From Monocercomonoides exilis PA203 (Eukaryota; Protista; Preaxostyla): 64,000 bases of DNA. Within the stretch, counting starts at the first letter, position 1. Each line of letters starts with the position of its first letter. The stretch is from positions 1,488,001 through 1,552,000 of the forward strand of contig LSRY02000012.1 of NCBI GenBank assembly GCA_001643675.2, written 5' to 3'. A program made the position numbers and the translations under genes. Of this stretch, positions 12,801 through 26,160 are shown one piece after another. Below the pieces are notes generated by a model. That model did not search any database. It saw nothing but the letters and a program-made list of their open reading frames with translations, and was not told the origin of the DNA.

Positions 12801-15800
12801 TGTTTGAGCTGAGAGAATGCTGCAGTGACTGCATTGAGCTGTTTGTGAAGGAAAGTGTGCCTGATTTGGACTCAACCATCTTTCGTGTGTCATTTTGTGC
12901 CATGCCATCTGTTGAGTAAGTGGCTGATGGGACTTCCTTTGAGAAGTGTTCAACCGAAGGGATGGATGCAGAGGAGGAACGAGATTCAGACGATGTGCTG
13001 AGAGAGAATGGGGAGAAGGCAGCAGACTCGATGAATGAAGGTGCTGATGTGCCGCTTGCTGAGCACATCAGGCTCGATGACTGGGCGATGCCTTCTTTTG
13101 AGGCAAGTGACAGAGGCGGACGAGGAGGGGCTGAATAGAAGCTGTCTGAGTTGTCAGCAAAGGAGGCATGTTCTGTGTGGAAATACGATTCCTGTTCATT
13201 CAGATGACCAAAGTGCTCTTTGTATGAAGAAGACGGAGCAAGGAACATGTCATCAGACAGCTGAGAATTTGAAGTATTGCTGTTCTCATTCTTTTGCTGC
13301 TCGTTCTCGAGACATGAGGAGTGGAGGAACAGATTCAGTGGCTCGTCAACGCATTTGCTTGGATCCTTCTTTGGCCTTGGAATATCATCTGCCTTCTGCT
13401 CTGCTATCTCCTGCTCCTCCTGATGCTGATTGTGCAGATGATGATGCAGATGATGATGTTGGAGCTGGCTCTGTTGATTCTGTTGCTGCTGTTTTTGTTG
13501 TTGTTGCTGATGATGTTGTTCTCCCATCGAGCTCATCCCCGAAGACATCGAAGACTCGTCTCTGTAGTGCATCACTGATGAATACTCCGTCGTAGGCACA
13601 ACTGTCGCGTGTGACGTTGAGTTCTTGCCTGAGTCTTGTTCTGTGTCACTCAGCTGCTGCAGAAGCGCTGGGTCTTGTAGAGTCTCCCGTGACTGATGCC
13701 GATCAACTGCACATTCGCCCATCTGGTGCCTGAGACTGAGGCTGAGGCCGAGGCTGAACTGGGCAGGCACGCTGTCTGACTTGTCAGAGAGTGGCAGCTG
13801 GGAGAAGGAGTCGAGTCTGGTCGAGTTGGAGGAGCAGAAGGACTGGAGAGACTGGATAGACTGCAGAGAGGCAGGTGTATGAGCGGGCGTGAGGACAGAG
13901 GAAGACGTGAGGATCTCAGACATTGAGAGTGAGGAACTCATGGAAGACACAGTGGAATTGTCTGACTGGCTGTCTGGTGACATCCCCCGAAGACGCCTCT
14001 TTTTGGTTGAGCTGCTTTTGCGCTCTGATTTTTCGCTGCCCCTTTTACCTTCCCATTCTTCAAACATACTTCCACTCAGTTCTGCATTCGGAAACAGATG
14101 ATTTGCTGAATTCCTTCCCAAAAACTCTTTCTTCTCTCTTTCAAACCCCTTCTTTGTGGCAATGAGCCCTTTCCTCTTCATGTTCCTGTGGTGGATCATC
14201 GACTGCGAATTGAAGCGGTCTTCGAGCAGGTCAAAACTGCACATTCCGCTTTTGTTCTGCCTCTTCCGCGCTGCCTCCAGCTCCATGTCATCGTTCTCCT
14301 TCAGATGGATCTTGCTGGGCAAGCTTCTCCCTCTTGATGGATACAGATACGAATGAGAGCGCGAGTTGTAGTTGCGCTTCAGCTTCCGCTTCAGACGTGG
14401 CTCTCTTGTTTGCCTTGGCAGTGGTGATGTCTGCTTCTTTTCTCTCTCCTTCTCTTTCTCTTTCTCCTTCTCTTCCTTTAAGTGCGAGAATTTGAACATA
14501 GACGCTACAGATCTTGCCCTCCTCAGCACTTTCTCGTCTTTCCCTTCTTCTGCCTCGAGATTCAGCCGGCTGGCGCTGAATTCTTTCTTCGTCTTCAGCG
14601 ATTTCGTGTCTTCGCATATGTCCTTATAACTCCTTGACACTGTTTGACTACGCAATGGCTCTCTCTCATTGCCCTGGCTCTTTCTGGTGGTTGATTTGGG
14701 GCTCCGCATTTTCTTCTTCCTGTTTTTGATCTTCTTCTGATGAGATTTCATTGCCCTTGAGTCGACCACAACAGTCGGCAGGAGACGAGGGTAGAGTGTG
14801 CTATAGGGCACTTCTTCTACTTTGTCTGAGGAAGAATTGGATGTTGGCACAGAAAACGAGGTTGACAGCAGAATAGACATCAAAGACACGATTGACTGCT
14901 GAGGGTTCATTGAAAGATCGGAGCTTTCGATAAGCTGGTTGTTGTTTGCTATGCTTTCCTTTGGAAGAGAAGAAGATGTGAAACCATCTGCCACATTCCC
15001 CTTCAGAACATTCATTAAACACAATGATGATGACTGTTGCTGCTGCTGCTGTTGTTGTTGTTGTGCTTCGCTTTTGCCTTCTTGTTCTTGCTGCTTCTCT
15101 TCGTTCATTCTGTGTCCCAGTGAATACTTCATCCCTTCCTCTGCTGCCTGCCCTCCTGTCTGCTGAATGCTCAATTTGAGATGAAGTCTTTTCAAAGCTG
15201 ATGAAAAGTCTGCCTTTGAGAGTGTGTTTGACAAGAGCGCTGAAGCAAGCCAGTTCTGGTGTGAGTGCACAGCTGGATATGACGCGATTTCGGAGAGGAA
15301 ACCGTGGTTGAATCTTCGGGCCTTTGTGATGAAGGAGGCAGGGGTTGACTGAGAGGGAAGGGAGGAAGACACTTGAGAAGTGAAGGAGAAAGAAGAATGG
15401 GAGAACATGGAGGTGTGTGGAGACGAGGAAGAGGCAGAATTTATGAGCGATGTTTGAGGAGACGTAGAAGCGGAGGAGTGAATGGAGCTCCCTGTGAGTG
15501 TGTGCGAGGCTGAATATTCGACAGAGAAAGGAGCAGAATTGTCGCTGGAGTTTGCAGTGGATGCGGCAGAGGCAGCAGCTGCAGACGCGTTGGAAGGAGA
15601 AGACGCAGAAGGAGAAGAGGCAGAAGGGGATGTGGAGGAAGAGGAAGGAGAAGACGGAGAAGAAGGTTCAGAGGGAACAGCTATGCTGTATGATGTCATT
15701 TTGTTGCCTGAAGAGATGCTGGTGGAAGATGCATGTGATTGCTGTTGAGTCAAATTGTGTCGTCCAGTTGTGCTGTTGTGGGGGAAGGAGAAGGCAGAGT

Positions 15801-17305
15801 GTGTGGCTGAAGGGAGAAGAGACATGTCTGTCAGCTCAGAGGCAGGCAAAGCTGCTTGTGAATCTGAGGAGGAGGAAGAGGAGGAAGAGGAGGAAGAGGA
15901 AGGAGATGAGGGAGATGATGAAGAAGATGATGAGGAAGACGAGGAAGATGGAGAAGAAGAAGAGGAAGAGGAAGAAGTAGAAGAAGAAGAAGAAGGGATT
16001 TGCAGAGGCATCAGAGAAGGAGCAGGAGCAGCCAAGACGATTGGCTTCACGATCTTCTGTGCCATCAGATCAGCCCCGTTCGAAGCAGCTTCTCTTTTCT
16101 GTGCCTGCTCATAGGACAAATAAGATGGAATACACAGCTCATTCTCGGTGGGTGTGTGACGTCTTTGCATTTGCTGTTGATGTTGATGATGATGTCGATG
16201 GTGATTATTGCTATTCTGCTGCTGTTGTTGTTCTTGTTGTTCTCCTTCTCTTTCTTGTCCATGTTCTTGTTCTCCTTGCTGATTGTTTTGTTGCTCTTCC
16301 TGTTCCTGTTGCTTTTGTTGCCGGTCTTCTTGTTCCTGTTGCTCCTTCACCAGCTCATATGACTGACTCGCATCTATCGATCTCTCCATGAATGGCGCCA
16401 GGCCTGTCTGGAAGAGCTTGCTCCCTGTGTATTCTGCCTGTTTGAATGCATTTGGGTCTTTGAAGTGCATTCTGCCTGTCTTTCTGATGTTTGTGAGCGG
16501 ATAATTAGAGAGAAAGGACGAATACTTCAGAAAGAAGAACTTGCTGTGGAAAGGGCGGATGAACAAGTGGGTGTGGTCTAAGGGAAGAACCACATCAGAC
16601 AAGAGAAGAGGAGGTGGGGTGGATCGCTTAGGTGAGAGTGAGGCATTTGCTCTGAGTGTTTGTGAGATATTTGACTGCTGCGCCGATGAAGAAGAAGTAG
16701 AAGCAGTGGCAGCAGCAGAAGAAGAGGAGGAGGAGGAGGAGGAGGAGGAGGTTGATTGAACAAAACTTTCTGATTGCGTGGTTGTGCTGCTGTACTTCTT
16801 GAATTGCTGTTCATTGGCTTCACCTGCATCTTCTGATTGAGCAGATTGAGGAGATTGAATAGCCTGTTTTGACTGAGCAGTGTGAGTCGTCTGTGGTCTT
16901 TCCTTGTTGAGCAGTGAGTCAACATCAGCATCAACATTAACACTAACATCAGCATTGTTGAAAGAGAGAGAGACGTCCATCTCCTTCAGCGACTGCGAAC
17001 TCTGCAGCACTCCAAATGCTTCTTCTGGCTGTGCCTGCTTGTTGGCTGTGGAGTGTTTTGTGTGTTTTATTTTCTCCAGAGAACGACTGCGCGAAAGATG
17101 TGCTTTGGATTCGGTGTGGGCAGAGGAGAGCATTCGGAGAGAGGAAGAGGCAGAGGAAGGGAGAGGAGGGGAGGTGGAGGAGAGAGAAGGAGAAGATGGA
17201 GAGGAAGGGGACGAGGAGGTGGTGGTTGAGTCATCGGAGAGGTCGGAGAGATGGGTGGAGGAAGAAGAGGAAGAAGATGATGATGAAGAGGAAGAGGAGG
17301 AAAAA

Positions 17306-17337
<32 letters not shown>

Positions 17338-20300
17338 AGACGATGATGAAGACGAAGTCGAAGAAGAAAAAGAGAACGATCTAGATGATTTGTATGAAGA
17401 CAAGCCAGGGTTGTAGTTTGGAGGCGAGGCGCTTGCCGACTTCGTTGTCATTGACTGTGACTGGGCAGACAAGAACTGCTTTTCCTGGCTGCTGTCTATC
17501 TGCTGCATTTGTGTCATCTGTGGTGTCTGTGTATTCTGAATGCTCTGTGAGTTTTGTGTGTTTTGTGTGTTTTGTGTGTTTATGATGCTTTGTGTGTTGT
17601 CATTCATTGCACAGGCAATGCTGCTGTTGTTGTTGGCATCTGCATCCATACTCTGTTCGATGTCTCCTTGTCTCTCCTGATAGCTCCCCAGCCTCTTCAT
17701 CCTCTCTTCCAGCAACTGCTTCCTCTTCGCTATGTGTTTCGCTCTTCTTCCTTTCGTCTTCTCTTTCTCATTCTTGTTCTTGCTCTCATTTTCATTCTCA
17801 TTTTCATTCTCGTTCTCGTTCTCGTTCGCTCCCTCATTCTTCGCCCTTCTCTCCCAGCCAGCCTTCCTCTGTGCCCTCTTCGGCATCTTCATCACATTCG
17901 AGTATGCATTCCTGTGTATCCAGAGTGGGTGTGTGTCTGCTGCAATGTAGATGAGGCAGACGCTGTTGAACGGCAGAGAGGAGAGGGAAGTGAAGGAGTG
18001 CAGAGGGAGAGGGGAAGCTTGCTCGTCTGTTGGCTTGAAGGAGGTGGAGAAGTCTGTGAAGAGGGAGTTCACTGATGAGGTGCGTGAGGCATATGAAGGC
18101 GGAGGAGGGAAAGAGAAAGAAGAAGAGCTGTTTGGTTCTGATTTCCTCCTCTGCAGCTTAGCTCTGTCTGTGTGTTTGTGTTTGTATTCACTGAAGTGAT
18201 ATGTATTGAAAGTGTCATTTCCATTTGTATTGCTGCCACCACTGCTGCTAATGCTGCTTCCTCTGTTCTGTGCTTCTGCTAAGTGTGAGAGCATCCGAAT
18301 GGGTAGAGAAGGAGGCGGGGTGTTGTTTGCCATGGCTGAAGAGAGGGTTGAGAGAAGAGCAGGAAATGGAGGGTTGAGGAAGACATACTGCCTCGGGTTG
18401 AACAGAAGCGGGTAGCCTTCGATCTCTGTGGGCGAATAAGATAATTCAGACAGCTGGGTTTTGTGTGAACTTTGTGAAACTTGCGTCATTTGTGTTATTT
18501 GTGATGTTTGTGTTTGTTCATCTGTCGTTTGAGTAATGTTCCCAGTCTGTTCTGCTCCTTCATTCGTTTTTCCCTCCAACGATGACTCTGCCTTTGTTGC
18601 TTGTCCCAATGAATTAGAATGCTGATTGGGTGTGTTAGTCATTGGCCCCAGCACAGACGATGAAAGCACCTGAGAAATATGCGAGTCCCTCTCCACAGCC
18701 ATCTGCGACGACGTGGAAGAAGAGGCAGCTGAGTTCGAGTTCAATGAAAAGGGAGTGGAGGCGTTTGTCTGGCTGTTGTGAGCACTCGATGAAGACGCAT
18801 CGTCTGACAATTGGCTGCTCTGTGAGAGAGGAGAACGAGAATGGCTCTTCTCTGAGGAAGATTCAGGTGTCGGCGGTTTTTCCTCTGCACTCGCTTCCTT
18901 TGAGGATTTCTCTCCTCTGCTGCTCCTTCTGTGCTTTGTTGAGCCATCTCTCCCACTTCCTTCTCTTTCCCTTTCCTTCTCCTTCTCCTTCTCCTTTTCT
19001 CTTTCTCTTTCTTTTTCTCTCTCATTCTCCTTCTCCTCCTCCTCCTTCATCCCCCATCGCTTCCTCTCGCATATCCCCGTCTCCATCGCGCTGATCTGAA
19101 AATGATGCCAGATGTGCCACGTGTCCAGCGTAAAGCGCGAAATCCACCCAGTCGGAGAGCCCACAGACACACTCCCTCCGCCTATCAGAAAGGTGTCTGT
19201 CAAAAGATACGGCTTCTCCTCTTGTGATGGAGAATGTGAAGGAGGTGAAGAGAAGCGGCGCTGTGTGTGTTTGGTCAGGCTGTTCTGGCTGGATGGGCTG
19301 GATGGTTTGACTGAATTGTCTGTGTTGTCTGTTTTTTCATTGTTTTCAGCGTTTTCTGTATTGTTTGCCTTGTCTGTTGAATCAGAAGAAAGATTCCTCC
19401 TTGTTCTGTTCAGCAGCGTGAGTGCTTTCTGTTTGTGTGCCAGGCGCTTCTTCCACTTTTTGAGTGTGTAAATGTCAGGCATTGGAGACAAGATGATGTC
19501 AGAGAACGAAAAGGGAAGAGGAGGCAAAGGGAGAGGAAATGGGGTGAGCTTGACACTTTTGAAAAGAGGTAAAATTGATTGAGAGGAAGAAGAAGAAGAA
19601 GAAGAAGAGTTTGTTGTTGAAACAGAAAATGAGGGAGACAAAGAATGAGAAGAGGAAGAGGCAGAAGATGATGATTTTGTAGAAGTAGAAGAAGGCAATG
19701 CTCCTGTTGATGATGAGTGTCTTGCAGCTTTTGGAGGTGGAGGCGGAGGCGGAAGTGAATGTGGATGTGGATGCGGAGGTGGATGTGAAGGTGGCTGAGA
19801 ACAGAAAGCAGTAGAAGGCAGATTGTCCAGTGCAGAAGGCACTTTTGAAGTGGTTGTGTAGTAATAGAACTCCATCTGCTGATATTGCGTGGCATCTTCA
19901 CTGGAATAGCAACAGTTATTGTTATCTTTCTGCTTCTCTTTGTTGTCTTTGTTGTCTTCGATTTCTTCTGTTCTTTTGCGACATTTTGGCAGCCAGCAAA
20001 TGCCCACTCCGTTGTGTAGAGACAAAGGCACATACAATTCGAGCTGTTTGTTGTTTTCTTCTGCAATGCTGTTGTTTTGCTGCTTTTGCTGAGTGCATTC
20101 TTGTTCACTTGGCAATTCTTGTTTGTTTGTCTCTTCTGATTGTGTGTCGCTTGTGTTGCTGTTATTATTGTCTTTTGTGTTGTCATCGTTGTTCCTGTTA
20201 TTGTTGTTGTTGTTGTTGTTGTTGCTATTTTTGCATTCCTTGCCATCTTTCACTGCATTCTCACTGCCATTTGGCTGCTCCTTCGATTCTGCTGTCCTGC

Positions 20301-21887
20301 TAACAGCATCGAGAACAGCAGAAAGATCATCCAAAGCCTGCGGCTCTGGAATACGTCTAAGTTCTGGATCGAAATCCCTCCATTGTCCTTCTGAAGCAAT
20401 CAGCTTGATGCGACTGTTGTTGGCTTGTGAGTTGTTTGACTGACTTTCATTGCTTACAGCTCGCTGTTCTTTTGTAGAATGGTGTGGAATGGCAGAGGAG
20501 CTATTTTCGTCGTTTTCTGGTTCTTTTGTGTTGAAGTACATGGCTGGCAACTCGAAATCGCTGAGCTTTGCTACAAAGATATATGGCCTTTTTGTATCTT
20601 CGAATGATTTTTGGTCTGAAGAAGGTTCGGAATTGCCATTGAAACTGTTAGATTCATCAGCCATGTTTTTAGCAGAGTTATTTTTGTGGAGAATGATTTT
20701 TTCTTTATTTCTTTTGTCAGACCTGCCTTTGTGAATGAAATCCTTCCTCCATTTCCTCCACAGCACCAAGCTCTGGTTGAGTGATGGGTGTGACAAATAG
20801 AAGAGCGGTGCAGTTGATGTCAGCGACGACAGGAGAAGATGATGAAAACAAGGGCGAAGAGCAAGAGGAGCCTGTGAATATGCAACAACGGAAGTGTAGA
20901 TGCCTTCCTTCAGTGAGTAATTAATTGGCTGCGGCTGATGAGAACTTTGCGTAATTGACGAGCCACATGAAAGAAGGCAATCAGAGGAAGATACAGAATT
21001 TTGGAAAAGTTGTGGCAAGTTTCCACTCTTCAAATAGTTTTTAGGTGATAATCCTGATATAATTAAAATTTTTTCCAGTGATCTTGGATTTTCTGTTTCG
21101 TCAAAAGATCGCTTGCCTTCAAATTCCAAAGAATTGTTAACACTTTTTATATGGGCGTTGTCAAAGCATATAAAAGGTGGTGCCATCGGAGGATTTATTG
21201 ATAATTCAGCTTGAAGGAATCTATCGGCCGAAACAATAGCCATGATGATATTTGTTAAAATCTCAGGATCCATTTGTGATTCCATAGACTTTAAAAAGAG
21301 AGAAAGTTCCTGACGTATGATTTGGATCGTGTGGGTGTTATGCGATAAAACGGCTACATTCAAAAAACGAAAAAGAAATCGAAGATTTTTCAAGGCAAGC
21401 TCAGAGTCATCAAATAATGACGCCATAGAAAAATATTTATGTTCATATATTTCTGCAAAAAAATTGAAAGATTCTTTCAGGAGCTAAAAATAGTCAATAT
21501 ATTATATAATTAATTATCAATAATTTATTACAGCAAACAATTGGATCGTTTTTTCTTAGGAAATAATGGAATAGTGTTTCTGCTATATGATTTGCAACGT
21601 CTCCTATTTCAAGGCGTTGCAATGGCTTATACGGAGATAAGGCCAACTGTTTTCGAAAAAGATGTAAAAACTGCCAAGTGAGGGAATACGCTTGCAAAGC
21701 CTGAAATTACATTATCGGAAAATGAAACAACAACAAAATAACAGTATATTACCTTCATATAAATGTGCTCCCAATGCACAAAAGTTACAGGCAAACGCCT
21801 TGCTAAACGAAAAAGCTTATTGGCTCCTTTCGTAAGCAAATCAAAAACTGCCCGATAATCCGGAACGTCTTGAGCAGTATCATCCAT
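6814..21887 (-). CDS. SCAI: SCAI-family protein (DUF3550), ~4,988 aa, with massive low-complexity insertions
   Basis: Exons 21887-21753, 21700-21539 and 21483-6814 (GT-AG introns of 52 and 55 nt). Blocks match SCAI in the correct order: LQRLEIGDVANHIAETLFHYFLR, LALKNLRFLFRF, LTDTFLIG, NPRQYVFLNPPF, LPFNSVCLIYIAAD, LCPLDLIPFTRRPLCLIVDSD, FGQPVLLFLSP, GRLYTIALTDP, DPFIRSLL, FPTTNPPLP. Confidence 0.85.
7400..7630 (-). repeat. Coding tandem repeats: 12-nt units (SQSN/SQNN) and 6-nt units (HD/HN) within SCAI
   Basis: (gactgttgctct)n and (gtgatc)n/(gtgatt)n arrays on the + strand, translating to HNHNHNYNHNHDHDHDHDH and SQSNSQNNSQSNSQSN. Confidence 0.8.
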
Positions 21888-22005
21888 TTAGGTATGGCTG
21901 CAGACCGATCGATCCAGTATATCAAAAACAATCAAAAAGGATTAAGATAGTTATTGTTTATAAATTGTTATATATTCAGATCAGTATTTGTTATATGGTT
22001 CAAGG

Positions 22006-23454
22006 ATGGATTATGTTTCAAATGATTTAAAGCCTTTAAAGATGTACACTTACAAAAATCATAAAAAATACGATAGAGATAATGAATTTGAACAAATTGA
22101 TGAGATGCTTGAGCAAGTTTCGAAGAGACATGAATTATTACATAATGAGCTTTCCCATTTAATTAATCAGCAAAAGCAGGATGAAGTTTTATTAGAGCAT
22201 ATAATGATTAAGCAAAGGGATCTTTCTCAACAAACTAATCAAGTGTTGACTTCAAGTCATGCAGAGAGAGAACATCTTCCACTTTTACGATTATTTTTGC
22301 CTACAAGTGAAATTCAAAAACCAATTGGTCGAAGTTCGAAAGAAAAACCTGTTAATGATATTTCTGTGCCTCTTTCTTCATCTTTACAACGAGAAAGATC
22401 TCGAGCGCCACCCACAGCACCATTGCAAACTTCATTAAACAGTGTTTGTAACAATCAAGAAAAGGAATTTACACAAGAAAAAGTTAATAGCCGTTCAAGC
22501 AACGCATTTGAATCAAATATGTTTTCATCTTCTCCTTTTGTTCTTCCTTCACACCAGAACTATCTTTCTTTTCAATCATCGAGCCTTTCAACTAAAACTG
22601 GGCATAACGGTTTTATGGACCAAAATACCACTTCAAATACACCCACATCTCGCATTGACACACCCTCATTTCATAGTAATTTATCTTCTGATGACTCCGA
22701 AAAAAACTCATCTTCAAAGCGATATTCTGAACTTTTTGCATCTCTATTGAAGCAAAGATCAAAAAATCGAGAAAAAGGAACAGAAAGTATTGGAACTTCT
22801 GAACGACCATTCAGGTCAACAGACTCATCTACATTTAACTTGCCTCAGACTGCAAATACAAAGGAAAAAGAGAGCTCCGATTTTGATTCAACAGCACAAA
22901 CAGTAACTCCGCCTCCTTCACGAACGCCACAAGAATCTCCATTTCTAGCAATTGCACTGTCTCCCCGCTCTGCAGAAAAAAAGCGAAAACTGTTGGAAAC
23001 AGAAGAAGTGGGGTCAACTGAAAATGATAGAATATCTGATATTCCGTCGTTTTCCTCAAAACTTGAAAGAAAAGATAATTCTTTGATCATGCCAAAAAAT
23101 GATCATGTGGAATTGATTGAGACTCCATCGGAAATATTAGCAGATGAAGAAATTGAGGAAAGTGACGAGAAAGAAGAAGATCTCACATCTACAAAGATAG
23201 ATGAAATGGAAGAAGAAGAATTGCTTCAAGATGAATTTAAACAAAAAACAGAAAGTGTTAATCCATCACCGCTTGTTTCAACCACAAATTCTACAGCCCC
23301 TCAGCCATCTATTCAGACATTATCGCCTCTTCGCGCGCGCACTGCCAAACTTCGGTTGAAAATTGATGAAGCTTTGAGGCGAAGTGCTTCGATGAATGTT
23401 GGACGATCGGCGTTGGCTTCGAGAAATCAACAAAAAGCTGGATATGGCGTCTGA
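22006..23454 (+). CDS. Hypothetical protein with an N-terminal coiled coil and a Ser-rich body
   Basis: Single ORF of ~482 aa from the ATG at 22006, head-to-head with SCAI (~118 bp apart). Confidence 0.7.
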   Translation: MDYVSNDLKPLKMYTYKNHKKYDRDNEFEQIDEMLEQVSKRHELLHNELSHLINQQKQDEVLLEHIMIKQRDLSQQTNQVLTSSHAEREHLPLLRLFLPTSEIQKPIGRSSKEKPVNDISVPLSSSLQRERSRAPPTAPLQTSLNSVCNNQEKEFTQEKVNSRSSNAFESNMFSSSPFVLPSHQNYLSFQSSSLSTKTGHNGFMDQNTTSNTPTSRIDTPSFHSNLSSDDSEKNSSSKRYSELFASLLKQRSKNREKGTESIGTSERPFRSTDSSTFNLPQTANTKEKESSDFDSTAQTVTPPPSRTPQESPFLAIALSPRSAEKKRKLLETEEVGSTENDRISDIPSFSSKLERKDNSLIMPKNDHVELIETPSEILADEEIEESDEKEEDLTSTKIDEMEEEELLQDEFKQKTESVNPSPLVSTTNSTAPQPSIQTLSPLRARTAKLRLKIDEALRRSASMNVGRSALASRNQQKAGYGV

Positions 23455-24829
23455 TATGAGTATTATATTTTGTAATAATTGATGAATCGTTGTTTAACTT
23501 TTCTGTTAATTTCAGTATTTTTCTGGGAAATGTTTTTTGTTTTCTTTCGATTGAGTTTTTAGCATCAAATTCAATTCACAACTTTTTTTATACTTTTTTT
23601 ATACTTTTATTTATTTGAATTCATTTTAAAAATGTGTTTAAAATAAACATCAAAAATCATTCAAATTTGAAATGTTGTATTCAATTTCGTTATTTTCACG
23701 AAAAAATTCAAAAAGATTTTCAACTCTGCTTGAAGAAACTTTCTTTCAAACACTTTTGTATATATTATTTTCAAAAAAATCTTCTCAATGTTACAAAAAT
23801 TTTTCCGATGCTTGGGAATTAATTGAAAAAAAATTCAACAAAATGAGAAATTTTTGATTAAATATTTAAACAAGAAAAAAATATGATTTGGAGTCATTAT
23901 CTTCAGTAAAGAAAAAAGGTTCTTTATTGTTTAACATAATCTCTTCTATGATGACTTATTGTTTAATTTTTCAAATAATAACTGAAAAATTGTCTTTTTT
24001 TTTTTTTTTTTTGAAAAGTTCCTTATGTTAAATTTTCAAATAAAGAAAATTTTTCATATTTCGATCAAATTTCTGTTCCCATTTACGAAAATTCAAAAAA
24101 ACAGAAACAAAAACATTGTTAAGGTTTTGTTTCCTTAACAGAAAATTTTTATGAGTGGGAACAGAAATTTGATCGAATATTTCTTTTTTCTTTATTTGAA
24201 AATCGAACAAAAAGAACTTTTCAAAAAATTTTAGACATATCAAACAAAGAAACTGCTTTCCACAAATTATTAAAAAGAAATGGACAAAACCCGGGAGTGT
24301 CAAATCTATTGAGTAGTTTTTCAACAAATAATTTAATTTTCTGGTCTCACAATTATGAATCAACAAGAAAAGAATTAATCTTGAATTCGTTTTAACAACG
24401 TTTTAAGTTTGTTGTCAAAACTGAAGCATGAAACGAGTTTTCAAGAACCTTTTTGATAAGAAACATTCGCTGATGCGTGAATATTGGAAAATTGTCGACC
24501 AATTTGAATATAACAAAACGATTAATAATAATACTAAATTGTTTGAAAAGGAAAATAGTATTTAGCTGAATTCAAATTGTCATCACCAGTTTATTTCCGA
24601 ATCTTTTTTATTTTACGTTTTTCTCCTGAAAAGAAATTTGAGACAAACATTTTTTTCTTCTTGAGTTTGTTCTGTAATGTTGAATTTTATTTTTCCATCA
24701 CATTTATCAATTTTTTTGTGATATTTGTTTTTGCCGATTGTCTTTCAATGTGCAGAATTCGCTTTTTTTTTTGATTTTCTCCGAATAACTCAAAAAAAAT
24801 ATTCATTTTATTTCTATCTATGAGAATTA

Positions 24830-26160
24830 TTCAAACCTTCTTTGCTTTGGAAGTTCTTTCAAACAAAATCAATGCTTGCAAGAACTTTCATGATTGAAAC
24901 ACCGGATGATGAACGCGCTGATGAACTAATTGAAGATATTTTTGTTATTGAAGACTGTTTGGACAGATGGTCAAAAATATCTGACAGATCAAATGGCTCA
25001 ATGCCGCAAGCGTTGGATGATTTTTTTTATTAATCAAAAGTCAAACCAAGCACTTACAGCATCTGACAATGCTGGGAAAAGAGCTTTTCTGCATGACGAT
25101 ACTTCACTTACGGTTGGCAGCTCAAAAGATGAATATAGTCTTTTTTTGAACTGGCCAAACACATGGTGATCCGGCGGTTGTGTCAAATGTGTGGTGTGCG
25201 AAGGAAGAATAACAATTTCAATCGAATGTTCACAACATCTAGTAACAACAGGCCAGCGAAGCTTCGATGAATACACATCCATAACAATTAGTGCAGATGC
25301 TTCTGATCCATGCAATTCAATTCTTTTTTTGTTAACTGTTGGAAAAATGTTTTTCATCATGATTTCTTCAAAGTCATTTTTTGTCATCCACCAGCTTCCG
25401 TTGGTCACAATTTCAATTTGTTGATATTTTTATACTGCGAGATCTTTTGGAACAGTTTTATAGGTCTAAATCACACTGGATTCATTGATGATCCATCAGC
25501 AGAAACTCAGAAAACCAATGTTGCGTTGGGCTGATGTTGTTGGGATTGCAACATTGAATCTTTTTGATCTGATCGTTTGATTACGAAAACGTTATCAGAT
25601 TGACACAAACTGACTCCTGTTTCGTCCATATTTAATATCAGATCGGCGCAGATTTTGTTCGTTCTTATTGTGTCCCTCAGCAATGAAAACCACGCTGAAA
25701 TGTTTTCCGTTGAAGATGCAAGCAACATTTTCACATCAATGGATTTTGGTTTTACCATTTGCAAGGCATTGCTTCTTTTTATGAACCATCTAGCCCATTT
25801 TTCATTAATTTCTGCCAATTCGCTGTTGTCATCCTTGTTTCGGTTTTTTCTTTGCATGATGTGTTCAGCCTGAAAATGCAACATCAAAAAAAGCTTTAAA
25901 AAATACTTAAACATCAACAAAACTTTAAAAATTATTTCTTTGAAATTTTTTAAATCAGTTGAAAGAAAAAGAGATTTTGCTTGTTTTCTATTTCTTTTTG
26001 TTCCTCGATGCAGAATAAATACGGCCTTCCAAATGTGACAGATATTTTCCCAGTTTCTAAGATGATATATGCTGATATGGAGCAGAAGAAGAGACGAAGC
26101 CAGATGAACAAATGCTTTTGTGTGAAATCTCTTTTCTGGAAAAAAGAAAATATCATATTT
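24830..26160 (-). pseudogene. Decayed pogo/Tigger-like (DDE_1 family, Tc1/mariner superfamily) transposase
   Basis: Fragments in different frames: TFGRPYLF..EEQKEI (HTH-like), WARWFIKR, ILNMDETGV (first Asp), GSWWMTKNDF, ALIVMDVYSS (second Asp), IVILPSHTTHLTQPPDHHVFGQFKK (third Asp region). Frameshifts and stops are present; ends are approximate. Confidence 0.85.

Noticed and set aside
6935-20734. Dozens of short overlapping or antisense ORFs within the SCAI gene (likewise within 1-3511, 45227-52993 and 56249-62790)
   Set aside because: Shadow ORFs caused by low-complexity codon usage in the real gene; no independent motifs.
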